The notes beneath the pieces were generated by a model that saw only the letters and a list, made by a program, of their open reading frames with translations, was not told the origin of the DNA and ran no database searches. 64,000 nt of DNA, from positions 124,001-188,000 of the forward strand of contig VRMN01000002.1 of assembly GCA_008690995.1 (NCBI GenBank), read 5' to 3'. The translations under genes and the position numbers were made by a program. Shown here one piece after another: positions 52,801 through 62,544 of this stretch; position 1 is the first letter of the stretch, and every line of letters begins with the position of its first letter. This DNA is from Porphyridium purpureum (Eukaryota).

Positions 52801-55800
52801 GAGCTGGACTTTGGCGCGATCACTGAAGGACACCCAGCTGTTCGCGCGTTCCGCGTAAAAAATATATCCGTCGAAAAGCTTGTGCTGCGTTTTGAGGCAC
52901 CGCGCTGGGTAACCTTTTTCCGGTCTGTGCGCAGCGATCGCGATACAGTGGGGCAAAAACACGCAAAGCAAGAACAGATCGAAAAACTTGCTCAACAGAT
53001 CTCGTCAGTGGTCGTACCCCCTACCTTCTTCTCGGCGGCCGAAGATGAGCGCAGCTATATTGAAAGTGCATTACAGCCAGCTCGACTCGTGACTGAGGCC
53101 ATCCGCAACGGCCTTTTGCTGCACACGTCGAGCATTGCGCTATCCGGGAACGATGAGATCTTCGTCTTTGTTTCGCTTGTGCATAATGGTGGGACTAGCG
53201 GAAGTAACGCTGGAAATGCACAGACAGCTGGTGGCAATGAATCGCAGTCGAAGCATGTCGCCGGCGACAGCTACGCCCAAGCTCCGGGTCGATCGGAAAA
53301 GGACAGAGACCATTCGCGCTTCAAATTTAAACCGTTCGAGACGCGCATGCGGATTTTTCTTGAGGAGTTTGATCCTAAGCCGTTCGAAGCATACAACTCA
53401 CGCTATCCCACGGGCGTGAACGCTGCTAATCCAGACATCGGCACGAACGACAGTGAACGTGGATATGCCAAGACCGGAGGTGTCAGCGTTGCTGGTAGTG
53501 CTGACGCTGCTGGCTCTTTGGAAGTGTCGCAGAATGGCGAAAGCAGTGTCAAGGGCGCAAAACCGTCATCGGCATCTGCTCTAGCGACGTCGGTCACGAA
53601 GATCAGGCCACGCGAGGTGTCAATTTTAATGCGTGCGTGCACGTGTGAAATCGAACTAGCGCAGCGCATTATGAACTTTGGGGTGATGTTCCAAGGTGAG
53701 CAGCGTAGCAAGGTGATCATCGTGCACAACAAGGCAGAGGCTCCGTTGATGTACGCTATTCAAAAATCTCGCAGCGTAGCGTCAGGTGACCTTAAATTTG
53801 GCGCAGCCAAGTACGGAGTTGTGCGGCCGTATAGCTCGCGCGAATTGCCGTTCACCTTTTCTCCGTCACTGGCTGGTGTCTTTGAAGAGCGCGTCACCTT
53901 TATGAACCTTTGGAACAAGAAGGACATTCAAAGTGTCACCATCAAAGCCACCATTCTGCGACGTTCGCACTTTTCGCTCACTGCACTCAATTCGACCGAA
54001 TTCGGAATGTGCAACGTGGGTGAGCAGTCACAGCATACCCTGCGCGTACGTATCGAGAACACCTCTGACAAGTCCCGCCGCCTTGCAATACAGGCGCTCG
54101 TCAAGCTGCTGGATGTGTCGCAGCCGCATGCTGGTGAATCGCAGATACAATCAGAGCCCGTAGAAAATCGACGGCCAGTCGAAATTGATGCCCTGTTTCG
54201 CCAGGAAACACAGCTGCTCGAGAACAGTAGTGCTAGCGGTGTTCCCGGTGCGGCGGAAGGTATTGGAGGTAGCGAGCTGCATTCTGAGTCGCAGGATCTC
54301 GAACTTTTGGAGCGGAAGCTCAAAAGCTATTATCGCAAGGGCAAGGAGGAAAAAGCACGCAAAACCGAGGCACTTATTGAGCAGCTCAAGGCGAGCATTG
54401 GAGCTCGGGACGGGTTGCAGCATTCACTGCCGTCTCCGACATCCTCTGACGCTGCTGTTCCCGGTGCGCCCGTGTTAGGTGAGCAAGGAAATATCACCGC
54501 TGGAGCAAGCACTCCAACGACGTTCACAAACGCGCTCACTGTCACCTTGAAAGCCGGAGAGGCGCGTACGTACCTTGTCACGATCCTGCCATCGGACGAT
54601 CCTGATTGCGAAGCTGTGAGTCGCGTGTATGCCGAATGCCAGATTATTGCATACGAATCCAAGAATCGCGACGCCGTGCAGAAGCTTGAGTGCCACTTTG
54701 AGGTCGAGTGGGTGCCACATCCACACCCTGAAGACCAGGAAGAGGATGAGGCGGGCACTGCAGAGAATCTGGTCGAGGAAAATGTGCTTAAGGGTTCATT
54801 TTTCGAATTTGACGATGACAACGACCCAGCAACTGATGGAATGACCACCCCGTCAGGAAAGCGAATCCATGTTGCGGGTGCGTCGCAATCGCTAGCAGAG
54901 CCCGCCATCAACGTGGACCAGTCACCAATACACTCACGCGGTGCGGGAACGGGCGGCCGGAGTGGGTTAGTGAGCAGTGTGAGTGTCAATCAGGGATTGC
55001 TGAGCGCCCGCCTGCAACGGCCCGCGTACGCACGTCTCCTCTCGGTGAGCTCGCACACGTTGGATGTGAAGGAGCTGAGCGTAGGGCACGAGGCGCGTGT
55101 GTCGTTGGTCGTGCATAATGTGAGCGGACGTATCATCCGCTTTAGAGTGCTGCTTGCGGCTATGGCTGTCGAATCGACCAATCAAGGCCAACACGTCGTG
55201 CGCAAAAACAAGCTTGTATGGCCACGTCCTTCAGAGGCGATATACGTTCGCTCGGAGCCTCGGGCGGGGCGCCTTCTTGCTGGGATGGCGTGTGCCGTGG
55301 AGTTTTCTGTTTTCTTCCTCCGGGAAGGAATTCTGGAGCGCAACATTCTTATTACCGCCAGTCCGGAGGAGCGAAACGCAAGCGGACTTGGCTCGCTCCG
55401 GAATTTGAATCTGAGCACGAGGCAAAGCCACGCGCAAGACCAAAAACCAAAGAGAAACCACCTGTTCGACGGTCTGTCCGAAAGCGGTAGTAGTGACAAT
55501 GAAATGGACGCCAGCACAGAAGACGAGCATGAGCTTGGATTGGTTCGGGGTGAAGGGAAAGGAATGGAGGCAAGCGATCTGATGATGCAGATCAAAGACT
55601 TTGTTCCTCTCACCATCTTTGGCGTGGGTGTGAACGCGCCTCTCGTGCGTTTTCCGTTGGTCGAGGAGAACCCCGACGGAATATTTGACCTGGGTATAGG
55701 GCGCGTCGATCCATCAAGGCCGTACGCTTTGGAGACTTGGCTACCTGTTCGGTCGGCATGCAACGCACCGCTGTGCGTAACTGTGAAGTCCAATTTGGCT

Positions 55801-58800
55801 TCGCAGGTGTACATTTTCGAAGATCGCGATGCCACGCGTATCGCCGAGGACGTCTTGCTTGCACCGTACGAGCAAAAGTCATTTCGCATCTGCGTTGCTC
55901 CGCGTATATCAGCAAAGGAACTCAAAGATGGTTCATGTAGGGAGCTTGTGGGTGGACTTCAGGTTGGTATACGCCCCGTTCCGTCCAACCGTCAGCATGT
56001 CTCGGTGGGCGGGGACGGCAGTACGATCAGCGGGCCGGAGTCATTGCTGGACGCCGCCGCTGGCGGAGAACCCGCCCACATGCAGATGATGCAGCAGCAC
56101 CGTGTCAAGTTTCGTGCAGTGGTCGGGATGAGTATCTTGAGCATCTTGCACGCGCCGAGTGAGCACGGCTGGAGCAGCAGCAGGAGCAGCGCAAGCGGTA
56201 ATTTGACCTTTTTAGACCTCGGCGTCATCCATTCATTACGCGCGACCATCAAGGGCGCGTTCTTTATTGCAAACAAGTCAACAGGATTGTCGGCACTGTT
56301 CAAACTGATACCGAGTTCCAAACGCGTGCGTTTGTCGCAGACTGAAGGTTCGCTTCGTCCTTGTGCGGCTTCTGGCCCCAGCTTGGCCTTGGGCAGCGCT
56401 TCAAATACTACAAGTGGCTCTGCAAATGCGAACATGCTCGAGCCAGAGCAAGACAGTGTTGCGAATCCGAGCCGCGTTCGCATTGAGGTCACACTGTCGG
56501 CCGACGCGTTTGGGCTTTTCGATGAGACGATCGAAATCCAAAACCTGTACTCACCCAGTAATTCACTCAGCCTTCACCTGCGCTTCTTCGCGGACGGGAG
56601 CGAGCTTCGATCAGATCTCCGTCGAGAGTCCGGATCTTCGTGGGAGCTGGCGGACGGCTGGGATGTTTACGTAACTAGCGGCCTCGTGGACGACTTGGTA
56701 CCGTCGAAGGTGGCGCAGGATTACCGCAATCTGAAATGGCGCGTGGTACATGACGCCAAGTGTCGCTTTACTTTCGACGTAATGCCGCGCCGAATGCTTC
56801 GCGCGGATTCGTACGTATTTGTATCGGACCTGCCGGTAAGTGTGCAGCTCGATCCACTTGGAAGAGGAGTCCAGGAGGCCAAGGGAGCTATGACCGCTCC
56901 TGTAGCGAACACCCCGTCGCACGTTCCGGGCTTTGGGTTGCGTGTTGTGAGTGATGCATTTACGCTTGGTGGTACGCGAAGAAGCCGCTCCTTTTCAGTG
57001 AGTGCTAGTGCGCTTAAAGTGAAAGGTATGGATATTGCGGACACACATGATTCGGAAGCCAGCGTGTTGGGCGAATTCTGCACCGCAACCGAGCTTGCGC
57101 AACTGGCGCAGGATGGAGAGCTGCGGAAACGCGGTATCCTCGCGCTCATGCGCAGTGCCAGTCTGGCGGGTGGCTCGGGTGGTGTTGGTAGCACGAACGA
57201 AACGTTTGTGTCAAACATGATGAGCATGTTCAGCTCTACAAACCGTGCGTTGAAAGTTATCGCCATTCAGGCGAGACTTGTCCAGTCTATACTTCTTCTC
57301 AAGGCGTGGGACGGTAATGTTGTTCATAGCATGGAGACGGAGCGATCTGAGATGCCCCGTGAGCAATGCTTGTCGAATCGTATCGCAAGCGGTTACGCAG
57401 ATTCACATCCTGTTGGTGTGCGCAAACTTGCGACTCAATTGGGTGCCGTGGGTCATTCGACGCGCTGGAAAATTCTCAAGTTTGGAGTAGTCGTGATGAA
57501 TCCGACAGGTGCGGAGCTTGTGTTCTGCGTGGGCAAGTTGCCAAGTGGGGTGAGCATGAATGTATCCCCACTGGAGCTTGCCACGGACAAGCCGTCGCAT
57601 GCGGATGCTGGCAAGGATGGTCGGTCCGATGAGGGAGAAGGCGGAGATACTTTCCCAGAGCTCTCGCTGGTGCGGCTTTCAGCACGGAGCGAACAAGTCC
57701 TGCAATTCTGTTTGCACCCTCTGGAGGTGGCTGAAATGCTTGCATTTGCTGCTGGTGAGTTTACGCTGTCGGTTGCGATTCATAACACAATGAACGAGTA
57801 TGGTGGTGCTGAGTTAATAGTACAGGGTATGTTGACTGCGCCGCGCTTCGGCTTCGAGAGACTCTCCGGTACTACGCACGCGCAACTAGTGCCGGCGCCT
57901 GCAGTTTCACCAAGGTCAGGTGACGACGAAGCAGATAGCATGCCGTATGAGCGCTTTGAACTCGATTTTGGTGCCGAGGCGGCGCCATTTCTGTTGCCGC
58001 GGCCGGTGTCAGCGCAAGTTGCGAGCACTGGCTCGATGTCTGTAGATGAAGGTTACGACTTGAAGGAGTCGTGGTTTATTGTGCGTAATCTCACGAGAAG
58101 CGACTCACTGCGCTTCAGGCCTCAGGTGGTTTCTTCTGAAGGGGAAGGAAGCACCAGCGGTTGCTCGCCACTAGCGGCTCTTTTCGCACTGCATCTCGTT
58201 GAGCACTTGTCTGGAGCGCCCCTCACAGAGTTTGATCTCAGTCCTGGGGAGCATCTCGCTGTGCGCGTCAAGCTCTCATTAAGCGAGGCTTCCACAGATC
58301 ATGACCAGACCGCACGAGCGATTTTGTCGGCAAGGAGAGAACAGCATCAGCTGCAGGCTCATTCTCGGACTGAAGCTGAGGGCCAGCTGGCCGCTGTGGC
58401 TGAAATCACGAGCAAAGTTTCTTCACTCGCGTCTGATTCTACGTCTCTGTTGGCGCCTGGGCAGTCGCCGGTCGACTCCATGACCGAGGACGCTGGTGCG
58501 CTTGCTTCTGCTGTCGCTATGCTTGTGGCTCCTGGTGCAAAGGGGTCGACGGGTAGTACAGCTGCTCAGGAATTGGGCGCCGCAGTGTCTGCATCCGCGC
58601 ATGCTGGGCGCATCACGTCGACCTCTGCGTCTGAGAATGTGATTAGCGGGCCGTTTGCGTGCATTCAATTTGCTTGTAGGACACTGGGCAAAGATGGCGA
58701 CGAGCCCACGCGCAGCGTCAAACTCAGTGGTCGCGTGCAGCCCAGACCGTCATTTATCGTCACGCCCCGCAGTCTTGTTTTGAAGTCCAGAGCGGATGGC

Positions 58801-61800
58801 AGCGGTGAAGTCATTAGCGGTGACGGCACTGGTGAGGTCATCCTTGATGTCCTTGACGAGCCAGGCGGAAGCCTTGCTGGACGCCAAGTGCCTCACAGTC
58901 GTCCGTGCGCGACCTCGCAACCTAATCGCGAGGAGGACGAGGACGAGAACACGTCTCGGATGGAAATTGATGGTGAATTTCATCTTGTTTCAAGCTGGAA
59001 GCGCGGCACTGTCGAGGTTGAAATTGAGCAGCGCGACCCGTATCCGGCGCTCATCATTTCGCCCCGATTCGTGCAAATTCCGCCTGCAGGATCAGTGTGC
59101 GTACGAGTAAGCGTCGCGGAAGCGCACGTTGCGCGATTTAGTGAGCGCTGCACGGTACGACTGGCGCTGCGCGATACGAGCGGTGCATTCCCGGTGGCCT
59201 TGCTGTCCGTTATGGTGGATCCCTTATCCAGCCCGTTGAATACCGACAGGGATGGGAACAGCGACAAGACCAGTATGGTACCCGACGCGGTACAACCAAT
59301 GCTAAGAAAGAGCCTCACTGGTGTGACGGCGTCTGTTCGCAGCTCGTCGGAGGCTGTGAGAAAGAGTTTCTCCGGAGCATTAGCCTCAGCGCTCGACTCG
59401 CCAGATCAACTCAGCGGTTCGCCGCGGCATGGTGGCAGCAATGTGGTTTCGACTGGCGGTGGGGATGGTACCAGCGGTGGTGGCGTTATGCACACAACGA
59501 CCTTATCCGCCCGCAGTGTCATGAGCACGGCCAGCGGGTACGGATTAGGTTCACCGTCGTCAGGTTCGAATGGAGCGCAGGTTTTGACCCCAGACATGGA
59601 GCGAAAAACGGAGGCGCAGAACATTGGCAGTAGCGCTTCTGGGCCCGGTCGTCGTCCCGATAAGGAGCGATCCCCGGCAAGCACGGCAGCGAGCTCGCCG
59701 CGCATGATGTCTGAAGGCCTGGGTCGAAGCTCTGGTGCGGCCCATCTGGTGATCAAAGGCTGCTCTCCGGTACCGGATGATGCTTCACGGTACGAGATTG
59801 ATCTCGGGCAGCTGACGGTCGGTTCTGAACCAGTTGTGTGGTCGCTTGGTCTCGAAAGTTCTCTGCCCGACACACGTCTTGAATACAAGGTGCACATGAA
59901 TGCCATGCCACGCACGGCAAGAATCTTTGCGTTAAAATCGTCGAGCGAAGGGGCGTCGTCTTCAAATGCATCATTACCACAAGCTGGCGGGGCGGGCGGG
60001 CGCGGGCTGGCGGGTGCTCAGGGAGGTGCAGTAGGCCACGATGATGACGCTGATTCAGCTACGGCTTGGATTCGCATCAATCGCAACGGAGGTATTATCG
60101 ATTCAAATGACGAAGCGGCGCACGTATTGGCAATTCATTTGGCCCCTGTGACGGTGCAGGCGTATTGTGCTTACTTGGTATTAGAGAATCGTGCGCTGCC
60201 GCAGGACATGAAAGTGATCCGTATCAACTTTGAAGCCGTGGCGGATGGTAGTTTGCTAAGTGAGCAGGTGATCGCTCAGCGCTTTTTTTCTGTAGCGTAT
60301 GACGGTGCCGGCGCGGGCGCGGCGCAGCGTAGCGTGGACTTTGGTGTCGTAGTTGCGGACCATATGTACCGTACACGCTCATTTGTCGTATACAATCATG
60401 CCGATGTCAGCGCAGAGTTTGTGCTCCGCCACAACCTTCCGCTCACGGGCTTCGCTGCTCGCTCTGAGTGTCATTTTTCGCTAACCAACAGTTCGCTGAA
60501 GAAGGTCAATTGGATCGCCATCGAACCCAAGCAGAAGCGCCGCATCTTTTTCTTTTATTTTCCGCGTATGGACTGGTCCGCAAATGAAACCCAACCGCCG
60601 CGTCCGTCGGGGGCGAGCAGTCATGCTTCGACACGATCGGCTGCAACACCGCTTGAATTCAAAGTGTACGTGAGCTGCAAGCTTGTGAAGAACTTTCAAG
60701 AGGTAATCAGCGTCAGAAGTCGTTGCAGGCCTGCACGCCTTACCATTTCCACACGCATGGTTGATTTCGTGTTGAAGTCGGCGACCGCGAGTGCTCATCC
60801 AGGAACCGGATTTGTGTCCAGTGCTTTTTCATCTGCAGCCGCAGCAGACAAAGAACAAAGCTCGATTGGTGCTGCGTCAGGCGCGCACGTGCGCAAGTTG
60901 TCCAACTCGGGGTCATTTCAGGACCTGAGCAAGATGGACTCCTCGTCACCTCGGAGGACAACCCAGGGCGCCTTGAATTTGGCGTCTCAGACGCATCAGC
61001 CACAGCAGCAGCCACAGCAGCAGCCACAGTTGCAGCAACAAGTCCAGCACACTCAGCAAACGTCGGCTTGGGCCTTGCTTGTGGAGCCTGCGTCGTTCCG
61101 CGTCAAGCTGAGCTTCAATCATAATTCGTTGCTCAAGACGCCGGTAGAGTACGCGCTGCGCACGCAGGCGCAATGTTTTGAAGTTCTAGTACCGGACAAG
61201 GCGGCGAGCCGACTTGGAAATGGTGTAACTGGTGAAAGTGGTCTCCCAGACAAGCATGAGCTCTTGGTACGGCCGCGCATCGGCCGCATCCGCGAGCGGC
61301 TCGCAGCAATTAAGCGTGACTGCTTCTTGGAGGAGCACTTTGCAGTTTACAATGTGGCCGACCCGTGCGAATATTTTTGGGTGCGGTTGCGGTTGCGCGT
61401 GGGCAAGGCTGCACAAATTATGGACGCACCGCCCGTGTTCCTTCACCGCAAGTCGCCTGCCCATGCGCAGCTGGAGGCTCTCGTAACGGCATTTCTTCAA
61501 AAGTTTGCAGCCTTCTGGTCCAGCTTCAAGCGGCCGCGCGTTGTAGGATCCGGCGCCGACTCCATTGCTCTTGCGCTGGCTTCTTCCGGAGGCGACGCGG
61601 ACTCAATGGAGCATGTGCTCGCCACCATTGCGCGCAAGCGCCGCGAAGCTGAGCAGGCTATGAGCGGTGGGGGAGACGGCGAGCCTTTGCGTGCATGGCT
61701 CTCGCGTATTGAGGCAGCTTCACATACGCAAGAGTACCGCGCTCTGCTCTTGGACTTACATTATGTGACAGACGAGTTGTCGTTCTACGCTTTGCGTGAT

Positions 61801-62076
61801 GCTAACGATGTCATTGTGCAGCTTGCACACGTGCTGTTCTCGGTCATGTTCAAGCACAGCGTCTTTGCGACTTTCATGCGCACCCCAACATTCCCTGATA
61901 CGGGGCGCGGCACGAGCAGCGCCAGCAGTACAAGCAGCAGAAGCAGCGACGTGCCGCATATTCTTCCGGCCGTGTTGCGCCCGTGGACCGGACAGATGCG
62001 CCATTTTCTGAGCCTGTTCCCAGAGTACTCAGTTTCGTTTGCAGCGCTTCGCGACTTGCAAAGCTTGCTTGACTGA
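49882..62076 (+). CDS. Giant (4064 aa) uncharacterised protein with repeated ASH/PapD-like Ig beta-sandwich domains
   Basis: Single 12.2-kb ORF with recurring '(L/I)xFG-x(9-11)-(F/I)x(I/V)xNxS' units: IAFDHC..FTVWNMS, LNFGDC..VTIRNLT, FQLGDC..VPVVNCS, LDFGAI..FRVKNIS, MNFGVM..IIVHNKA, LDLGVI..FFIANKS, VDFGVV..FVVYNHA. Units are separated by disordered linkers; C-terminus is helical. Confidence 0.75.
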   Translation: MSRAQHTGSSAAGSAGVIVLVHEQHGSPETSLNSAVVDGGGGGGGNGEGACQLLLGDVAFGEQEVVRRFTIRNPQNVSCTCTLSADIELMQLFSSIWFQGENENFEARQNASVRPFLDATSSTSSTSSTSSTSSRSSIGRTGDSTPLYSSTGTAMEEPSSELTDQRDKGSPSGMESTHFSASPRTLQAGTINESSSELGFPLRSGTDDQISGMQDDEGIHERNEQHSVALDDQHEDLIGPEGNGWEENMLFNENQPRDRFYIPAGAEQVIFVCMFPKPRTAAPPAISGVEGTRIDSRGGLSRISGHIRVLQEFDGNSGEGWVDEIAQSTPKNNASLGGDSSFAQALASEDQVLYIEVVGRIGDSVIRCELSEIAFDHCVLGREYVKEFTVWNMSELRTAFRIKFPFPSLDFVRKSQSGSQPGGYITAIPSAAGGIARSLEFDHRHGHAGSGAPVTSGKDRFGDQHHHAELEFLDFETDLRVGMASAPPLELHAFGNRRVRVAFRPLALIGAETHFELENVRDLGKVQFVKLSLSAFAEGLVDGFELSCGADGLNFGDCYAFNHVSRKVTIRNLTAEKLDVALGSDRPDCVTFSLADEGELSIGTSTLGHDSREHGLDLDLNASNLSPREQDDAPKGEHEHDPVVDSFIDIRGTGTASGLVQEGSDPVVISKANTSNVSAPNSGAPLVFNRKNAIDEITLNPRQERVLRVWFYPPAMDFPHESGHGTGDGSGAGHGAVHDDGDEVDEDGNGDNKASNKRGEDSVHSQAVRGSVAGSVHRSTDVHAHEGEHEHETLDGRDDHDHPFENRRNRNYILQRLRKVEFHVQMRSLATSTGAHRAKSVLCRARVCESVVQVLRSEFQLGDCNVQSQRSIVVPVVNCSDLPAFLGVEYSSKSLSSTVKELVIAPWQTYDLMFHFVPRKVNPEYKKQVTIVNLRNRRGRNDSVFWVRANIMDHNQAAAHALYYKLLAPLPTNELDFGAITEGHPAVRAFRVKNISVEKLVLRFEAPRWVTFFRSVRSDRDTVGQKHAKQEQIEKLAQQISSVVVPPTFFSAAEDERSYIESALQPARLVTEAIRNGLLLHTSSIALSGNDEIFVFVSLVHNGGTSGSNAGNAQTAGGNESQSKHVAGDSYAQAPGRSEKDRDHSRFKFKPFETRMRIFLEEFDPKPFEAYNSRYPTGVNAANPDIGTNDSERGYAKTGGVSVAGSADAAGSLEVSQNGESSVKGAKPSSASALATSVTKIRPREVSILMRACTCEIELAQRIMNFGVMFQGEQRSKVIIVHNKAEAPLMYAIQKSRSVASGDLKFGAAKYGVVRPYSSRELPFTFSPSLAGVFEERVTFMNLWNKKDIQSVTIKATILRRSHFSLTALNSTEFGMCNVGEQSQHTLRVRIENTSDKSRRLAIQALVKLLDVSQPHAGESQIQSEPVENRRPVEIDALFRQETQLLENSSASGVPGAAEGIGGSELHSESQDLELLERKLKSYYRKGKEEKARKTEALIEQLKASIGARDGLQHSLPSPTSSDAAVPGAPVLGEQGNITAGASTPTTFTNALTVTLKAGEARTYLVTILPSDDPDCEAVSRVYAECQIIAYESKNRDAVQKLECHFEVEWVPHPHPEDQEEDEAGTAENLVEENVLKGSFFEFDDDNDPATDGMTTPSGKRIHVAGASQSLAEPAINVDQSPIHSRGAGTGGRSGLVSSVSVNQGLLSARLQRPAYARLLSVSSHTLDVKELSVGHEARVSLVVHNVSGRIIRFRVLLAAMAVESTNQGQHVVRKNKLVWPRPSEAIYVRSEPRAGRLLAGMACAVEFSVFFLREGILERNILITASPEERNASGLGSLRNLNLSTRQSHAQDQKPKRNHLFDGLSESGSSDNEMDASTEDEHELGLVRGEGKGMEASDLMMQIKDFVPLTIFGVGVNAPLVRFPLVEENPDGIFDLGIGRVDPSRPYALETWLPVRSACNAPLCVTVKSNLASQVYIFEDRDATRIAEDVLLAPYEQKSFRICVAPRISAKELKDGSCRELVGGLQVGIRPVPSNRQHVSVGGDGSTISGPESLLDAAAGGEPAHMQMMQQHRVKFRAVVGMSILSILHAPSEHGWSSSRSSASGNLTFLDLGVIHSLRATIKGAFFIANKSTGLSALFKLIPSSKRVRLSQTEGSLRPCAASGPSLALGSASNTTSGSANANMLEPEQDSVANPSRVRIEVTLSADAFGLFDETIEIQNLYSPSNSLSLHLRFFADGSELRSDLRRESGSSWELADGWDVYVTSGLVDDLVPSKVAQDYRNLKWRVVHDAKCRFTFDVMPRRMLRADSYVFVSDLPVSVQLDPLGRGVQEAKGAMTAPVANTPSHVPGFGLRVVSDAFTLGGTRRSRSFSVSASALKVKGMDIADTHDSEASVLGEFCTATELAQLAQDGELRKRGILALMRSASLAGGSGGVGSTNETFVSNMMSMFSSTNRALKVIAIQARLVQSILLLKAWDGNVVHSMETERSEMPREQCLSNRIASGYADSHPVGVRKLATQLGAVGHSTRWKILKFGVVVMNPTGAELVFCVGKLPSGVSMNVSPLELATDKPSHADAGKDGRSDEGEGGDTFPELSLVRLSARSEQVLQFCLHPLEVAEMLAFAAGEFTLSVAIHNTMNEYGGAELIVQGMLTAPRFGFERLSGTTHAQLVPAPAVSPRSGDDEADSMPYERFELDFGAEAAPFLLPRPVSAQVASTGSMSVDEGYDLKESWFIVRNLTRSDSLRFRPQVVSSEGEGSTSGCSPLAALFALHLVEHLSGAPLTEFDLSPGEHLAVRVKLSLSEASTDHDQTARAILSARREQHQLQAHSRTEAEGQLAAVAEITSKVSSLASDSTSLLAPGQSPVDSMTEDAGALASAVAMLVAPGAKGSTGSTAAQELGAAVSASAHAGRITSTSASENVISGPFACIQFACRTLGKDGDEPTRSVKLSGRVQPRPSFIVTPRSLVLKSRADGSGEVISGDGTGEVILDVLDEPGGSLAGRQVPHSRPCATSQPNREEDEDENTSRMEIDGEFHLVSSWKRGTVEVEIEQRDPYPALIISPRFVQIPPAGSVCVRVSVAEAHVARFSERCTVRLALRDTSGAFPVALLSVMVDPLSSPLNTDRDGNSDKTSMVPDAVQPMLRKSLTGVTASVRSSSEAVRKSFSGALASALDSPDQLSGSPRHGGSNVVSTGGGDGTSGGGVMHTTTLSARSVMSTASGYGLGSPSSGSNGAQVLTPDMERKTEAQNIGSSASGPGRRPDKERSPASTAASSPRMMSEGLGRSSGAAHLVIKGCSPVPDDASRYEIDLGQLTVGSEPVVWSLGLESSLPDTRLEYKVHMNAMPRTARIFALKSSSEGASSSNASLPQAGGAGGRGLAGAQGGAVGHDDDADSATAWIRINRNGGIIDSNDEAAHVLAIHLAPVTVQAYCAYLVLENRALPQDMKVIRINFEAVADGSLLSEQVIAQRFFSVAYDGAGAGAAQRSVDFGVVVADHMYRTRSFVVYNHADVSAEFVLRHNLPLTGFAARSECHFSLTNSSLKKVNWIAIEPKQKRRIFFFYFPRMDWSANETQPPRPSGASSHASTRSAATPLEFKVYVSCKLVKNFQEVISVRSRCRPARLTISTRMVDFVLKSATASAHPGTGFVSSAFSSAAAADKEQSSIGAASGAHVRKLSNSGSFQDLSKMDSSSPRRTTQGALNLASQTHQPQQQPQQQPQLQQQVQHTQQTSAWALLVEPASFRVKLSFNHNSLLKTPVEYALRTQAQCFEVLVPDKAASRLGNGVTGESGLPDKHELLVRPRIGRIRERLAAIKRDCFLEEHFAVYNVADPCEYFWVRLRLRVGKAAQIMDAPPVFLHRKSPAHAQLEALVTAFLQKFAAFWSSFKRPRVVGSGADSIALALASSGGDADSMEHVLATIARKRREAEQAMSGGGDGEPLRAWLSRIEAASHTQEYRALLLDLHYVTDELSFYALRDANDVIVQLAHVLFSVMFKHSVFATFMRTPTFPDTGRGTSSASSTSSRSSDVPHILPAVLRPWTGQMRHFLSLFPEYSVSFAALRDLQSLLD

Positions 62077-62544
62077 GGCAAGGGCGACGGAACAGGAGAA
62101 AAAAACAAAAAAAAAACATAGTCCTTCCAGTGCAAAATATCTATACATCCAGGGCAAACCCGCTGGAACGAAAAGTCACCAAATGCACACCTTTCATCTT
62201 CTCAACCTTGCGAAGTCTGCAGAAGCAGGATTTTTAACCATGACACGAACCCAATTGGTCTTTGAGCTCGAAACGGGACGCGGATACACTCTTTTCCTGG
62301 ACCAGAGTCGATACCTTCATGCCTGTCTCCACGCAGCCCGTGGAAGCACTGGAAAGCAGCCAACAGCGCCTGTTATCTCAGCGGAAACAAATCGAAAGAG
62401 GCCGGGGACATAGCTCCCACACTTCATTATGATTATTCAGACGTCAAATGCGCAGATAGGAAGACATGGTCGACCTTTCTTGCACGTTGGCTCTCAGGAA
62501 GCCAAAATATCTATCGATCCTGCAGTGTCAAAAATGTAAAACAC

